Assembly: GCA_035557875.1 (NCBI GenBank)
Contig: DATMDI010000593.1
Span: forward strand, 1 to 25,450
Origin: Vicinamibacterales bacterium
GTDB lineage: Bacteria > Acidobacteriota > Vicinamibacteria > Vicinamibacterales > UBA2999
Length of the DNA: 25,450 nt
Direction of reading: 5' to 3'
Shown here piece by piece: positions 1 to 7,750 of the stretch. The position numbers and the translations under genes are program-made. Each line of letters begins with the position of its first letter. Positions within the stretch are counted from its first letter, which is position 1. Below the pieces are notes generated by a model. It made no database searches. It worked only from the letters and a program-made list of their open reading frames with translations, and had not been told where the DNA came from.

Positions 1-2
1 CA

Positions 3-524
3 CGACACGGTGTTGACGTAGAAGCAGTCGCCCGAGTCGCAGGCCCCTTGCGTCGGGAAATCCACCGCGAGTTCGAGCGACGGCAGCCGCGACGTGCGCC
101 CGACCACGTTGGCGATCATCTGGTCGGCCGTGGTGGCGAGCCGGACTTCCACGCCTGGCAGCGTGCGGTCGTAGGCGTGCACGCCGGTGAGCCACACCGC
201 CGACGCGCGCGGGTGATCGCCGGTCCCGTCGCCAAAGGTGTCGGCCTGGAGGTGCGACATCCCGCTCAGGATGCTGATCTGATCGCGGACGCCGGCGAAC
301 GGCTGCAACGTGGGCGTGAGCGCGAAGCCGGCGCCCGTCGTGGCCGGAATCCACTGGTTCTGGATGACGCCGTTGGCGATGTAGATGAAGCCGAAGCGCG
401 GCACCGGCTTGGGCGCGGCGCTGAGGGCGGGCACCATCGCGTCGAGCATCGGCAGCGCGACGGTGGCCCCCATCGCCCGCAGGAACGTCCGCCGCGGCAG
501 CGCTCTCTTTGCAACGAACGTCAC
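3..524 (-). CDS. DUF1552-family protein, N-terminal part (runs off window start); twin-arginine-like N-terminus
   Basis: Not in ORF track; hand translation from GTG at 524: MTFVAKRALPRRTFLRAMGATVALPMLDAMVPA...RFGFIYIANGV...GDHPRASAVWLTG...TTADQMIA...LPSLELAVD. AGGAGG SD (529-534) just upstream; directly follows the DUF1592 gene stop, the usual pairing. Confidence 0.85.
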   Translation of the reverse strand, partial: MTFVAKRALPRRTFLRAMGATVALPMLDAMVPALSAAPKPVPRFGFIYIANGVIQNQWIPATTGAGFALTPTLQPFAGVRDQISILSGMSHLQADTFGDGTGDHPRASAVWLTGVHAYDRTLPGVEVRLATTADQMIANVVGRTSRLPSLELAVDFPTQGACDSGDCFYVNTVS

Positions 525-534
525 AGGGCCTCCT

Positions 535-3012
535 TCAGGACGGCTCCCGCATGAGGAACGGCTTGCTCTTCACCACACCCAGCACCAGCGACGCCAGCGT
601 GTAGCGGCTGGGCGCGGCGCCGCGCAGGATCTCGCGCACCGCGGGCGCGTCATAGTATTGCAGGTTCCGCCCGATGGCGTACATGAGCAGACGCTCGCCC
701 ACCGTGCCCGCGAACTGCTCCGGATGACGCAATAGTTCACGCTTCAGCCCGGTCACACCGTCGAATTTCGTGCCGTCGGGAAAGACGCCGATCGCGTCGA
801 TCGGCTGGCCGCCGTCGGTGTCGCGCCAGCGTCCGACAGCGTCGAAGTGCTCCATGGCGAAGCCGATCGGGTCCATCCGGGCGTGGCAGCTGGCGCACGC
901 CGGGCTGGCGCGATGCCGCGTCATCGCCTCGCGCATCGTCAGCAGCTCGCCCGGCTTGGCGCCCGTGGTTTCCAGCGCCGGGATATTGGGCGGCGGTGGC
1001 GGCGGCGCGGCCGACAACAGGTTCTCGAGCACCCACTTGCCGCGCAGCACCGGCGACGTACGGGTGGAGTACGACGTGATCGTCAGGACGCTGCCGTGCC
1101 CGAGCAGGCCGCCACGGGGACTGCCGGCCGGCAGCGCAACGCGGCGGAAGTAGCTGCCGCGCACGTTGGGCACGCCGTAGTGCTTCGCCAGCCGCTCGTT
1201 GAGGAAGGTGTAGTTGGCGGTCAGCAGCTCCACGACGCTGCGATTCTCGCGGAAGACACTGGCTACGAAGAGCTCGGTCTCGCGCTCCATCGCGGCGCGG
1301 AGGGTCTCGTCGAAGTCCTGGAACAGCACTTCATCCGGCAGCTTCGCTTCGATGTCGCGCAGGTAGAGCCACTGGGCCGCGAAGTTCGTGACCAGTGCGG
1401 CCGACCGCGCGTCGGCGAGCATGCGCCGCACCTGCCGATCCAGCACCGCCGGGTCTTTGAGCCGTCCGGCCACCGCGGCGTCGAGCAGCTCGTCGTCGGG
1501 AATGCTGCTCCAGAGGAAGAACGACAACCGCGACGCGAGCTCCAGATCCGAGATCGGATAGGGAGCATTGGCCGTGTCCGGCTTGTCCGCCGAAGCTTTA
1601 GCGGAGGCGGAAGACCCGGCCATCACGGGCCGCTCGATCCTGAAGAGGAAATGCGCGCTCACCAGCATGCGCTCGAGCGCCTTCTGGATGCCGAGGTCGA
1701 AGCTGCCCGCCGCGCGGCCGGCGGTGAAGAAGGGCAGGAGATCCCGCAGGTCCACGTCGCCCACCGGACGCCGGTAGGCGCGCCGCGCCAGCGCCGACAG
1801 GATACGAGTGGCGCACGGCACTTCGTCCGCAGCGGTCGCGGGGCGGCAGATGAAGACGCGCCGCCGGCTGGGCGAATCGCCCGGCGCGGTGGGCGTGTGC
1901 GGCCCGCTGATCGTCACTGACGCGATCGCCGGCTGCGTCCCGCGGCTCCGGGTGCGCGGACGCAGCGTGGCTTCGTCGCGGGCCTCCGTCCGCTGCAGAA
2001 ACGCGACGCCGATCAGCCGCGGCCCGGCCTCGAGCGTCAGCGGGAATTCGAAGCGGGCCTCCGGCGCGCCCCCACGGCCGCCCCGGCCGCCGCCCGGCAC
2101 GCCGCCGACCGGCTCGAGCCTCACCCTTGCGCCATCGACCGTCACCTCGAGCTGGTGCGGTTCGCGCGGGTTGCCGGCGAGCTCCACCTTCACGACATAG
2201 GTCCCGTTCACCGGTACGTCGCTGCGGACGGCCAGGCCGCCTCGGGTGCCGAACGACAGTTCGTCCACGCGCTCGTCCTGCGGATGCTCGGGGTCGAGCG
2301 GATGGATGTTCACGAGCACCGGCATCGTGGTGTCGCCCACCGCGAGCCGGCTGATCTTCTGCGCCGCGTCGAGGTAGCGCTCCATGGCGCTCGGCGACAC
2401 GAACAGCAGATCGGCAATCGTGTCGAAGCCGCTGCTGACGTTGTCGGCGGGCAGCAGGTAGTCGATGCTCAGTTCCCGGGGGAGGTCGCCGAGGGCGAGC
2501 AGATCGCGGACGGCGTTGCGATACTCGGTGCGGCTGAGACGATGCGCCAGCGGCAGCTTGCCCACCTGCGGGCGCGCCGCCGCCGCTCGATCCAGCGCCG
2601 ACTCGATCGCCACGGCAGTTGCAACGTAGGTGGCGTCGTCGGGCCGAGGAGCACCGGCCGGGGGCATCGAGGTAGTGCGCAGCTTCTTGACGACCTTCTC
2701 CCAGGCGTCGGCGTGCTCTGCGGGCGCGATCAACTGTGCGGGGTCGATCGCGAACCCCGCCGTCTTCAGCCGTTCGTTGTGACAGGTGACGCAGTAGCGG
2801 GTGAGCACTGCGGCCGGGTCTGACTTGTCCGCCGCAGCCTTGGCGGAGGCGGAAGACGCGGCTCCCCGTACCGGGGCCGACGCGGCCCCACGTCCCGACG
2901 GAGACGCACCCCCGCCGGCCGGCGATTGGGCGAGGCCGCGCGAGCCGGGGGCCGACAGCGCGAGCGCCAGTCCGGCCAGCGCGGCCACGGAAGATCGAAG
3001 GGGCAGCTGCAC
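535..3012 (-). CDS. Exported DUF1587/1595/1592/1588/1585 (planctomycete-cytochrome-type) protein with two heme-c motifs
   Basis: ORF 535..3090. Motifs CVTCH and CASCH, RLSRTEYRNAVRDLL, SDLELASRLSFFLWSSIPDDELL, TSPVLRGKWVLENLL. Start moved to GTG 3012 (VQLPLRSSVAALAGLALA signal peptide); true start uncertain. Confidence 0.85.
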   Translation of the reverse strand: MQLPLRSSVAALAGLALALSAPGSRGLAQSPAGGGASPSGRGAASAPVRGAASSASAKAAADKSDPAAVLTRYCVTCHNERLKTAGFAIDPAQLIAPAEHADAWEKVVKKLRTTSMPPAGAPRPDDATYVATAVAIESALDRAAAARPQVGKLPLAHRLSRTEYRNAVRDLLALGDLPRELSIDYLLPADNVSSGFDTIADLLFVSPSAMERYLDAAQKISRLAVGDTTMPVLVNIHPLDPEHPQDERVDELSFGTRGGLAVRSDVPVNGTYVVKVELAGNPREPHQLEVTVDGARVRLEPVGGVPGGGRGGRGGAPEARFEFPLTLEAGPRLIGVAFLQRTEARDEATLRPRTRSRGTQPAIASVTISGPHTPTAPGDSPSRRRVFICRPATAADEVPCATRILSALARRAYRRPVGDVDLRDLLPFFTAGRAAGSFDLGIQKALERMLVSAHFLFRIERPVMAGSSASAKASADKPDTANAPYPISDLELASRLSFFLWSSIPDDELLDAAVAGRLKDPAVLDRQVRRMLADARSAALVTNFAAQWLYLRDIEAKLPDEVLFQDFDETLRAAMERETELFVASVFRENRSVVELLTANYTFLNERLAKHYGVPNVRGSYFRRVALPAGSPRGGLLGHGSVLTITSYSTRTSPVLRGKWVLENLLSAAPPPPPPNIPALETTGAKPGELLTMREAMTRHRASPACASCHARMDPIGFAMEHFDAVGRWRDTDGGQPIDAIGVFPDGTKFDGVTGLKRELLRHPEQFAGTVGERLLMYAIGRNLQYYDAPAVREILRGAAPSRYTLASLVLGVVKSKPFLMREPS
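1582..1615. repeat. Palindromic 34-bp element, copy 1, in-frame inside the DUF1592 gene
   Basis: cttgtccgccgaagctttagcggaggcggaagac; TCCGCC/GGCGGA outer stem; 31/34 identical to 2824-2857; encodes SSASAKASADK on minus strand. Confidence 0.85.
2824..2857. repeat. Palindromic 34-bp element, copy 2, in-frame inside the DUF1592 gene
   Basis: cttgtccgccgcagccttggcggaggcggaagac; encodes SSASAKAAADK on minus strand. Confidence 0.85.
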
Positions 3013-3152
3013 GTGTCTATACCGGATATCTATAACTGGTCGGCAGTAAGATACACCCGCACCGGCTGGCGCGGCGGACCCTTCACGCACGCTCTTACCC
3101 AGGCCAAAGCGAATTGTGCGGTGTCTAAACGAACCGGAAAGGCGGTGTCTCC

Positions 3153-3620
3153 ATGCGAGAGACGACTCGTCGCATCATTCCAGTTCTAGTGGTAGGGCTT
3201 GGGGCGCTCGTGTCCCAGGCTCAGGCTCAAGAACTCCGCGAGTTGAAAGCGGCGCCCGCAAGTGTAGCGGCGTCACTGTGCGGCCTTTCAGTGAATCCAC
3301 CCGTCACGCTCCCACCGAGCGGCAGTGGGCCGGTGATCTTTCAATTAGCTCCCTGCTTCGAGCGCCAAGGCGGTCGATCCCAGATCAGACCGGCAGACTA
3401 TTTACGTGACATCCGTCTCAGACCGAGCCGACCGTCCACCGGGTTATGGATCCCGTACGACGCTGCTGCTGAGCGGTTGATCTTTGATGACTTCCAGCGG
3501 CTCTGGAAGAGCCATGCGCTGGCGGATCTCTCAGTGGAAGTACACGACTACAAGTTCTCTAACGGTGTCGTGGGCAAACTGGTGGCGTACCACATCACAG
3601 AACGTGTGGCAGGTCGGTAA
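3153..3620 (+). CDS. Exported hypothetical protein resembling a single BamA-type POTRA domain
   Basis: 155 aa with signal peptide. YLRDIRL...ERLIFDDFQRLWKSHALADLSVEV...LVAYHITER fits my recollection of the POTRA1 helix-strand pattern (I.ED..RLW.....DL.VEV...V.Y...ER). Lower GC than flanks. Confidence 0.55.
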   Translation: MRETTRRIIPVLVVGLGALVSQAQAQELRELKAAPASVAASLCGLSVNPPVTLPPSGSGPVIFQLAPCFERQGGRSQIRPADYLRDIRLRPSRPSTGLWIPYDAAAERLIFDDFQRLWKSHALADLSVEVHDYKFSNGVVGKLVAYHITERVAGR

Positions 3621-3816
3621 GCCACTTTTGGGTCGGCTCCCTGCCGATCACGCGATCTTTTCCCGGGAGCGTGTTCCTGGTACCAACCTTCACGGTAGCG
3701 GGAAGATTGGTCGCCCCCTGGCCGTGGGTGACCCCCCGGACGGCCTGTGACAATGGCGCGGGAATCTCCAGCGCGTCAGACGCGGGTCGGGCGTGTCAAA
3801 ACGCGTCACGGGAGCG

Positions 3817-3822
3817 TAGAAT
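3817..3822 (+). promoter_or_regulatory. Putative -10 box TAGAAT for the ankyrin-cupin gene
   Basis: TAGAAT 19 nt before ATG 3842 in a very GC-rich background; no SD; no convincing -35. Confidence 0.4.
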
Positions 3823-3841
3823 GCGCGGCAGAACGTCCCCC

Positions 3842-5854
3842 ATGCCTCTTGCCACGCAACTCGTCGTCGTGTGCTGCCTGACGGGATTCGCGGCATCCGC
3901 CCGCCCCGCCTCGGCTGAGTCGCCCGCCGATCTCATCGACGCCGTGAAACGCCAGGACGCCGTCGCCGTACGGACGCTGCTGGCGAAACGCGTGGACGTG
4001 AACGGCCAGGCCGCCGACGGCTCCACGGCGCTGCACTGGGCGGTGCAGCGCAACGACCAGGCGCTCGTGGAGCAGCTCCTGCGCGCCGGCGCCAGCGCGA
4101 AGGCGTCCAGCCGGTACCAGGTGCCGCCGCTCTACTTCGCGGCGCTCAACGGCAACGCGCCGATCATGGAACGCCTGATCGCGGCGGGCGCCGACGCCAA
4201 CGCCACGGCGTTCGAAGGGCAGACCATGCTCATGACGGCGGCGCTGTCCGGGCGCGCCAACGCCGTACGCCTGCTGCTTCAGCGCGGCGCGAAGGTCGAC
4301 GCTGTCGAACCCTACCGCGGGCAGACGGCGCTGATGTGGGCGGCGTCGGAGGGCAACACCGACGCTGCCGCCGTGCTGCTCGAGGCAGGAGCGAACGTCT
4401 CGGCCAAGTCCACCGGCGGCTTCACGCCGCTACTCTTCGCCGTCAGGAACGCGCGCCTCGACACCGCGTCGCTGCTTCTGACGCGCGGCGCCAACGTGAA
4501 CGACGTGGCACCCGACGGGTCGAGCGCCCTCGGCATGGCCGTCGTCAACGCCTACTACGAGCTCGCCTCGATGCTGCTCGAACGCGGCGCCGACCCCAAT
4601 TTGCCGGATCCGCGCGGCTCGCCGCTCCACACGATCGCCTGGCTGCGCAAGCCGGGCGCCGACGGCGCTGCCGGCGTCGGCAATACGCCGCAAGGCACGC
4701 CGGTGCAGACCGGCGAGGTGACGCCGCTGCAGCTCGCGAAGCAGTTGCTCGAACGCGGCGCGAACCCGAACCTGCGGATCGAGTGGAAAGAGGCGACGTT
4801 CGGCAAGGAGGGCGGCACCGCGCGCAATCCGCCCAACGTGCGGCTCGGGCGCCATCTTCTCAGCTACACCGGCGCCACTCCGTTCTACGTCGCCGCCAAG
4901 AACGGCGACGCGCCGCTGATGCGGCTGCTCGCCGATCACGGCGCCACCCCCACCACGCCGACGAAGGCGGGCATCACGCCGCTGATGGTGGCCGCCGGGC
5001 TCGACTACTGGGAGGGCGAGAGCCCGGGCCCGTTCACCGGCGTCAGCGAGGCCGAGCGGCTCGACGCGGTGAAGCTGGCCATCGAGCTCGGCAACGACGT
5101 CAACGCGCACGCCATCTTCGGCAGCTACCGGATGGACGGCGACGTGGACTACACGCTGCTCTACTACCCGCACAACATCGACGAACTGCTCGAGCTCGGT
5201 GTCGGCGATCCGCGGTGGAGCGGCAGCACGCCGCTCATCGGTGCGGTGGTGTCGGGCCAGCCGTCGATCGTGCAGTACCTCCTCGACCACGGCGCGCGTC
5301 CCGACGCCCAGACCGTGCTCGGCTGGACCCCGCTCCGCGTCGCGCAGGGCGTGTTCTTCGCGAATGCGAAGAAGGAGTTCCCGGCGGCCGAGGCTCTCCT
5401 CAAGAAAGCTGCAGGCGCATCGCCGGCAGCGACAGCCGGAGCGGCGACGCCCCAGGCGGCGGCACCTGCGGCCGTGCCAGTGGCGACCGGCGTGATCTAC
5501 GTCGACAAAGACAACGTGGCTGCCGCCTTCGCCAAGGGCGGACGGCTTGGCGCCGGCTCCGACTACCAGGCGTCCGGGGCCCGGCGCACCAGTGCGGGTC
5601 AGGTCGAAGTGCACGACAAGGAGACCGACATCTTCTACGTCATCGACGGCGAGGCGACGTTCGTCACCGGCGGCAAGATGGTCGGCGGCAAGCTGGCACG
5701 GCCGGATCAGTGGCTCGGCACCGACATCGAAGGCGGCGAGGTGCGGCAGTTGAAGCAGGGTGACTTCATCGTCATTCCGGCCGGCACGCCGCACTGGTTC
5801 AAGGCTGTGCCGCAGTCGATCAACTACTACATGGTGAAGGTGGTCAAGCCCTAG
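3842..5854 (+). CDS. Exported ankyrin-repeat protein fused to a C-terminal cupin domain
   Basis: Signal peptide from MPLATQ; about 11 ankyrin repeats (TALHWAV, TALMWAA, TPLLFAV, TPFYVAA, TPLMVAA, TPLIGAV...); Ala-rich linker; cupin motifs EVHDKETDIFYVIDG and IVIPAGTPHWF. Confidence 0.85.
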   Translation: MPLATQLVVVCCLTGFAASARPASAESPADLIDAVKRQDAVAVRTLLAKRVDVNGQAADGSTALHWAVQRNDQALVEQLLRAGASAKASSRYQVPPLYFAALNGNAPIMERLIAAGADANATAFEGQTMLMTAALSGRANAVRLLLQRGAKVDAVEPYRGQTALMWAASEGNTDAAAVLLEAGANVSAKSTGGFTPLLFAVRNARLDTASLLLTRGANVNDVAPDGSSALGMAVVNAYYELASMLLERGADPNLPDPRGSPLHTIAWLRKPGADGAAGVGNTPQGTPVQTGEVTPLQLAKQLLERGANPNLRIEWKEATFGKEGGTARNPPNVRLGRHLLSYTGATPFYVAAKNGDAPLMRLLADHGATPTTPTKAGITPLMVAAGLDYWEGESPGPFTGVSEAERLDAVKLAIELGNDVNAHAIFGSYRMDGDVDYTLLYYPHNIDELLELGVGDPRWSGSTPLIGAVVSGQPSIVQYLLDHGARPDAQTVLGWTPLRVAQGVFFANAKKEFPAAEALLKKAAGASPAATAGAATPQAAAPAAVPVATGVIYVDKDNVAAAFAKGGRLGAGSDYQASGARRTSAGQVEVHDKETDIFYVIDGEATFVTGGKMVGGKLARPDQWLGTDIEGGEVRQLKQGDFIVIPAGTPHWFKAVPQSINYYMVKVVKP

Positions 5855-5862
5855 CCGCCAGC

Positions 5863-5970
5863 CCAGCCAGTCGAGCCGCAGCGCGCCAGACGCTCGATCG
5901 GATCTCCCACCAGTGGGACTCGGCGATCGAACGGCTCAGGGCCTTCGTCGAATCGCCCCGGCGGGCCTGA
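5863..5970 (+). pseudogene. 3' remnant of an ArsR/SmtB-family regulator gene (C-terminal helix only)
   Basis: Frame 1 reads PASRAAARQTLDRISHQWDSAIERLRAFVESPRRA*, resembling the C-terminus of SRPBCC-associated ArsR regulators (ARRxLDxISxQWDxALxRLxAFVE). No start codon or HTH upstream; that sequence is the cupin gene in another frame. Confidence 0.6.
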
Positions 5971-6051
5971 CCCGCAACCGCACGAATGGGCAGCCTGAAA
6001 ACTCCGCCACACACGCCGGTCCGTGTTCACGGCTCCGTCACACCGGCGCGA

Positions 6052-6057
6052 TAGTTT
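6052..6057 (+). promoter_or_regulatory. Putative -10 box (TAGTTT), leaderless alkaline phosphatase mRNA
   Basis: TAnnnT 6 nt before ATG 6064; no SD. Confidence 0.45.
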
Positions 6058-6063
6058 CGGTTG

Positions 6064-7674
6064 ATGTGGCGGAAGCTGGCGGTATTCGCGAGTCTGGCGG
6101 CGGCGACGGCTCTCTCACCCGCGGCGCCAGCGGCGCAGAACGGCGGCGCCGTGTCGCTGGTCGTCGTCGTCGTGGTCGATCAGATGCGGGCGGACTACCT
6201 CACGACCTTCGCGTCGCGGTGGCACGGAGGGTTTCGCACGCTCCTCACGCAGGGCGCCGACTTCGCCAATGCCGAGTACCCCTACTGGAGCACCATCACG
6301 TGCGCCGGTCACACGTCGATCGCGACCGGAACCCTGCCGCGCACCCACGGCATGATCCTCAATCGCTGGTGGGACCGCGGCGAGCGCCGCGTCATCACCT
6401 GCAACGACGATCTCGACGCCACGGCCGTCTCGTATCAGCGACCAGCAGTGTCGAATGCGAGCGCGCGGCGCATGCTCGTGACGACCCTCGCCGACGAACT
6501 GCGGGCGCAGAAGCCGGGCGCACGGGTGGTATCGCTGTCGCTCAAGCCGCGCAGCGCCATCGGTCTTGCCGGCCACGGCGGTGATGCGGTGGTGTGGTTC
6601 GACGAGCCGTCGCGGTCATTCGTCACCTCGACGGCTTTCGCGCCGGCACCGGTGCCGGACGTGGCCAGGTTCTTCGCCGACGACAGCTTCGAGGCCGAAC
6701 AGCACCGCGAGTGGCAGCTGGCGGCGCCCGCGGACTCCTATCAGTACGGCGACGCGCTCCCGGGCGAGCGGCCCGATCGCGGCTGGACGACCCTGTTTCC
6801 GCATCGCATCGCCGGGGGCGCGGGTGTTGACGCGGTGTTCGCCGATCACTGGCAGAAGAGTCCGCTGTCGGACGCATATCTGGGCCGTCTCGCCGCCCGG
6901 CTGATCGATCAGTGGCAGCTCGGGCAGCGGGGCACGACCGACTTCCTGGGTGTCAGCTTCTCCGCGCTCGACATGGTCGGGCACGACTTCGGGCCCCGCA
7001 GCCGCGAAGTCGAAGACATCCTCATCCACCTCGACGCGACGATCGGCGCGCTGATCGAGCACCTGGACCGCTCGGTTGGACGCGACCGCTATCTGCTGGC
7101 GTTGACTTCGGATCACGGGGTGGCCGTCATTCCCGAGCAGCACGGGGCCGGCCGGATCGCCAACGAGGACCTCGGCGCCGTGGTCGAGCAGGCGCTGGTC
7201 CAGACCTGGGGTGCGCCCTCCCAGGGCACCTACGTCGCCGCCAGCCTCGGCGGTCAGATCTACTTCGCCGAGGGGCTGTTCGACCGCTGGAGAATGTCGC
7301 CGGCCGCTGTGCGGGCGGTCGAGCTCGCGCTGCGCGAGGTGCCGGGCCTCGCGCGAGTGGTCCGGCGCGATCAGATCGATCGCGGCGATGCAGTCACCCG
7401 GGCGATCGCCCGCGGTTACGTCGCGGACCGCAGCGGCGACCTGTTCATGGTGCCGGAGCGCGGCTGGATCATCGAGCAGCGCGTGGACGGGGATGCGACC
7501 ACCCACGGCACGATGCACGACTACGACGCGCGTGTACCGCTGCTGCTCCTGGGTGCGGGCGTTCGTCCCGGGCGCTCCACCGAGGCGGTCACACCGCTCG
7601 ACATCGCGCCGACGCTGGCGCGGGCGGCGGGCGTCACCCTGTCGGGCCGCGACGGGCGGCCGCTGCTACCCTGA
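6064..7674 (+). CDS. Alkaline phosphatase family protein (PafA/PhoK-like, Thr nucleophile)
   Basis: VVVVDQMRADYL, TITCAGHTSIATG, SFSALDMVGHDFGP, LTSDHG, TTHGTMHDYD; signal peptide. ATG 6064 preferred over TTG 6061. Confidence 0.88.
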   Translation: MWRKLAVFASLAAATALSPAAPAAQNGGAVSLVVVVVVDQMRADYLTTFASRWHGGFRTLLTQGADFANAEYPYWSTITCAGHTSIATGTLPRTHGMILNRWWDRGERRVITCNDDLDATAVSYQRPAVSNASARRMLVTTLADELRAQKPGARVVSLSLKPRSAIGLAGHGGDAVVWFDEPSRSFVTSTAFAPAPVPDVARFFADDSFEAEQHREWQLAAPADSYQYGDALPGERPDRGWTTLFPHRIAGGAGVDAVFADHWQKSPLSDAYLGRLAARLIDQWQLGQRGTTDFLGVSFSALDMVGHDFGPRSREVEDILIHLDATIGALIEHLDRSVGRDRYLLALTSDHGVAVIPEQHGAGRIANEDLGAVVEQALVQTWGAPSQGTYVAASLGGQIYFAEGLFDRWRMSPAAVRAVELALREVPGLARVVRRDQIDRGDAVTRAIARGYVADRSGDLFMVPERGWIIEQRVDGDATTHGTMHDYDARVPLLLLGAGVRPGRSTEAVTPLDIAPTLARAAGVTLSGRDGRPLLP

Positions 7675-7706
7675 GCGGTCGCTCTTTAGAGCGTCTGCTT
7701 TCGTAC

Positions 7707-7734
7707 GTGGGGGTCGGCTTCAGCCGGCCCCTAC
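7707..7734. repeat. REP-like hairpin GTGG-GGGTCGGC-TTCA-GCCGGCCC-CTAC between convergent genes
   Basis: GT(A/G)G cap at both ends, 8-bp stem with one mismatch, TTCA loop; near-identical to the units at 11341-11389. Confidence 0.75.
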
Positions 7735-7750
7735 ACAAGAAGAAAACGCT

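Noticed and set aside
3016-3034. Direct repeat TCTATA-n7-TCTATA near the DUF1592 start
   Set aside because: Could be an operator or promoter, but two 6-mers are too little evidence and the start codon is uncertain.
3621-3841. Possible riboswitch (cobalamin-like GGGAA/CTGTGA words) upstream of the ankyrin gene
   Set aside because: Conserved B12-box and GCCACTG/AGACCTGCC elements are not found in order; an Rfam scan would be needed.
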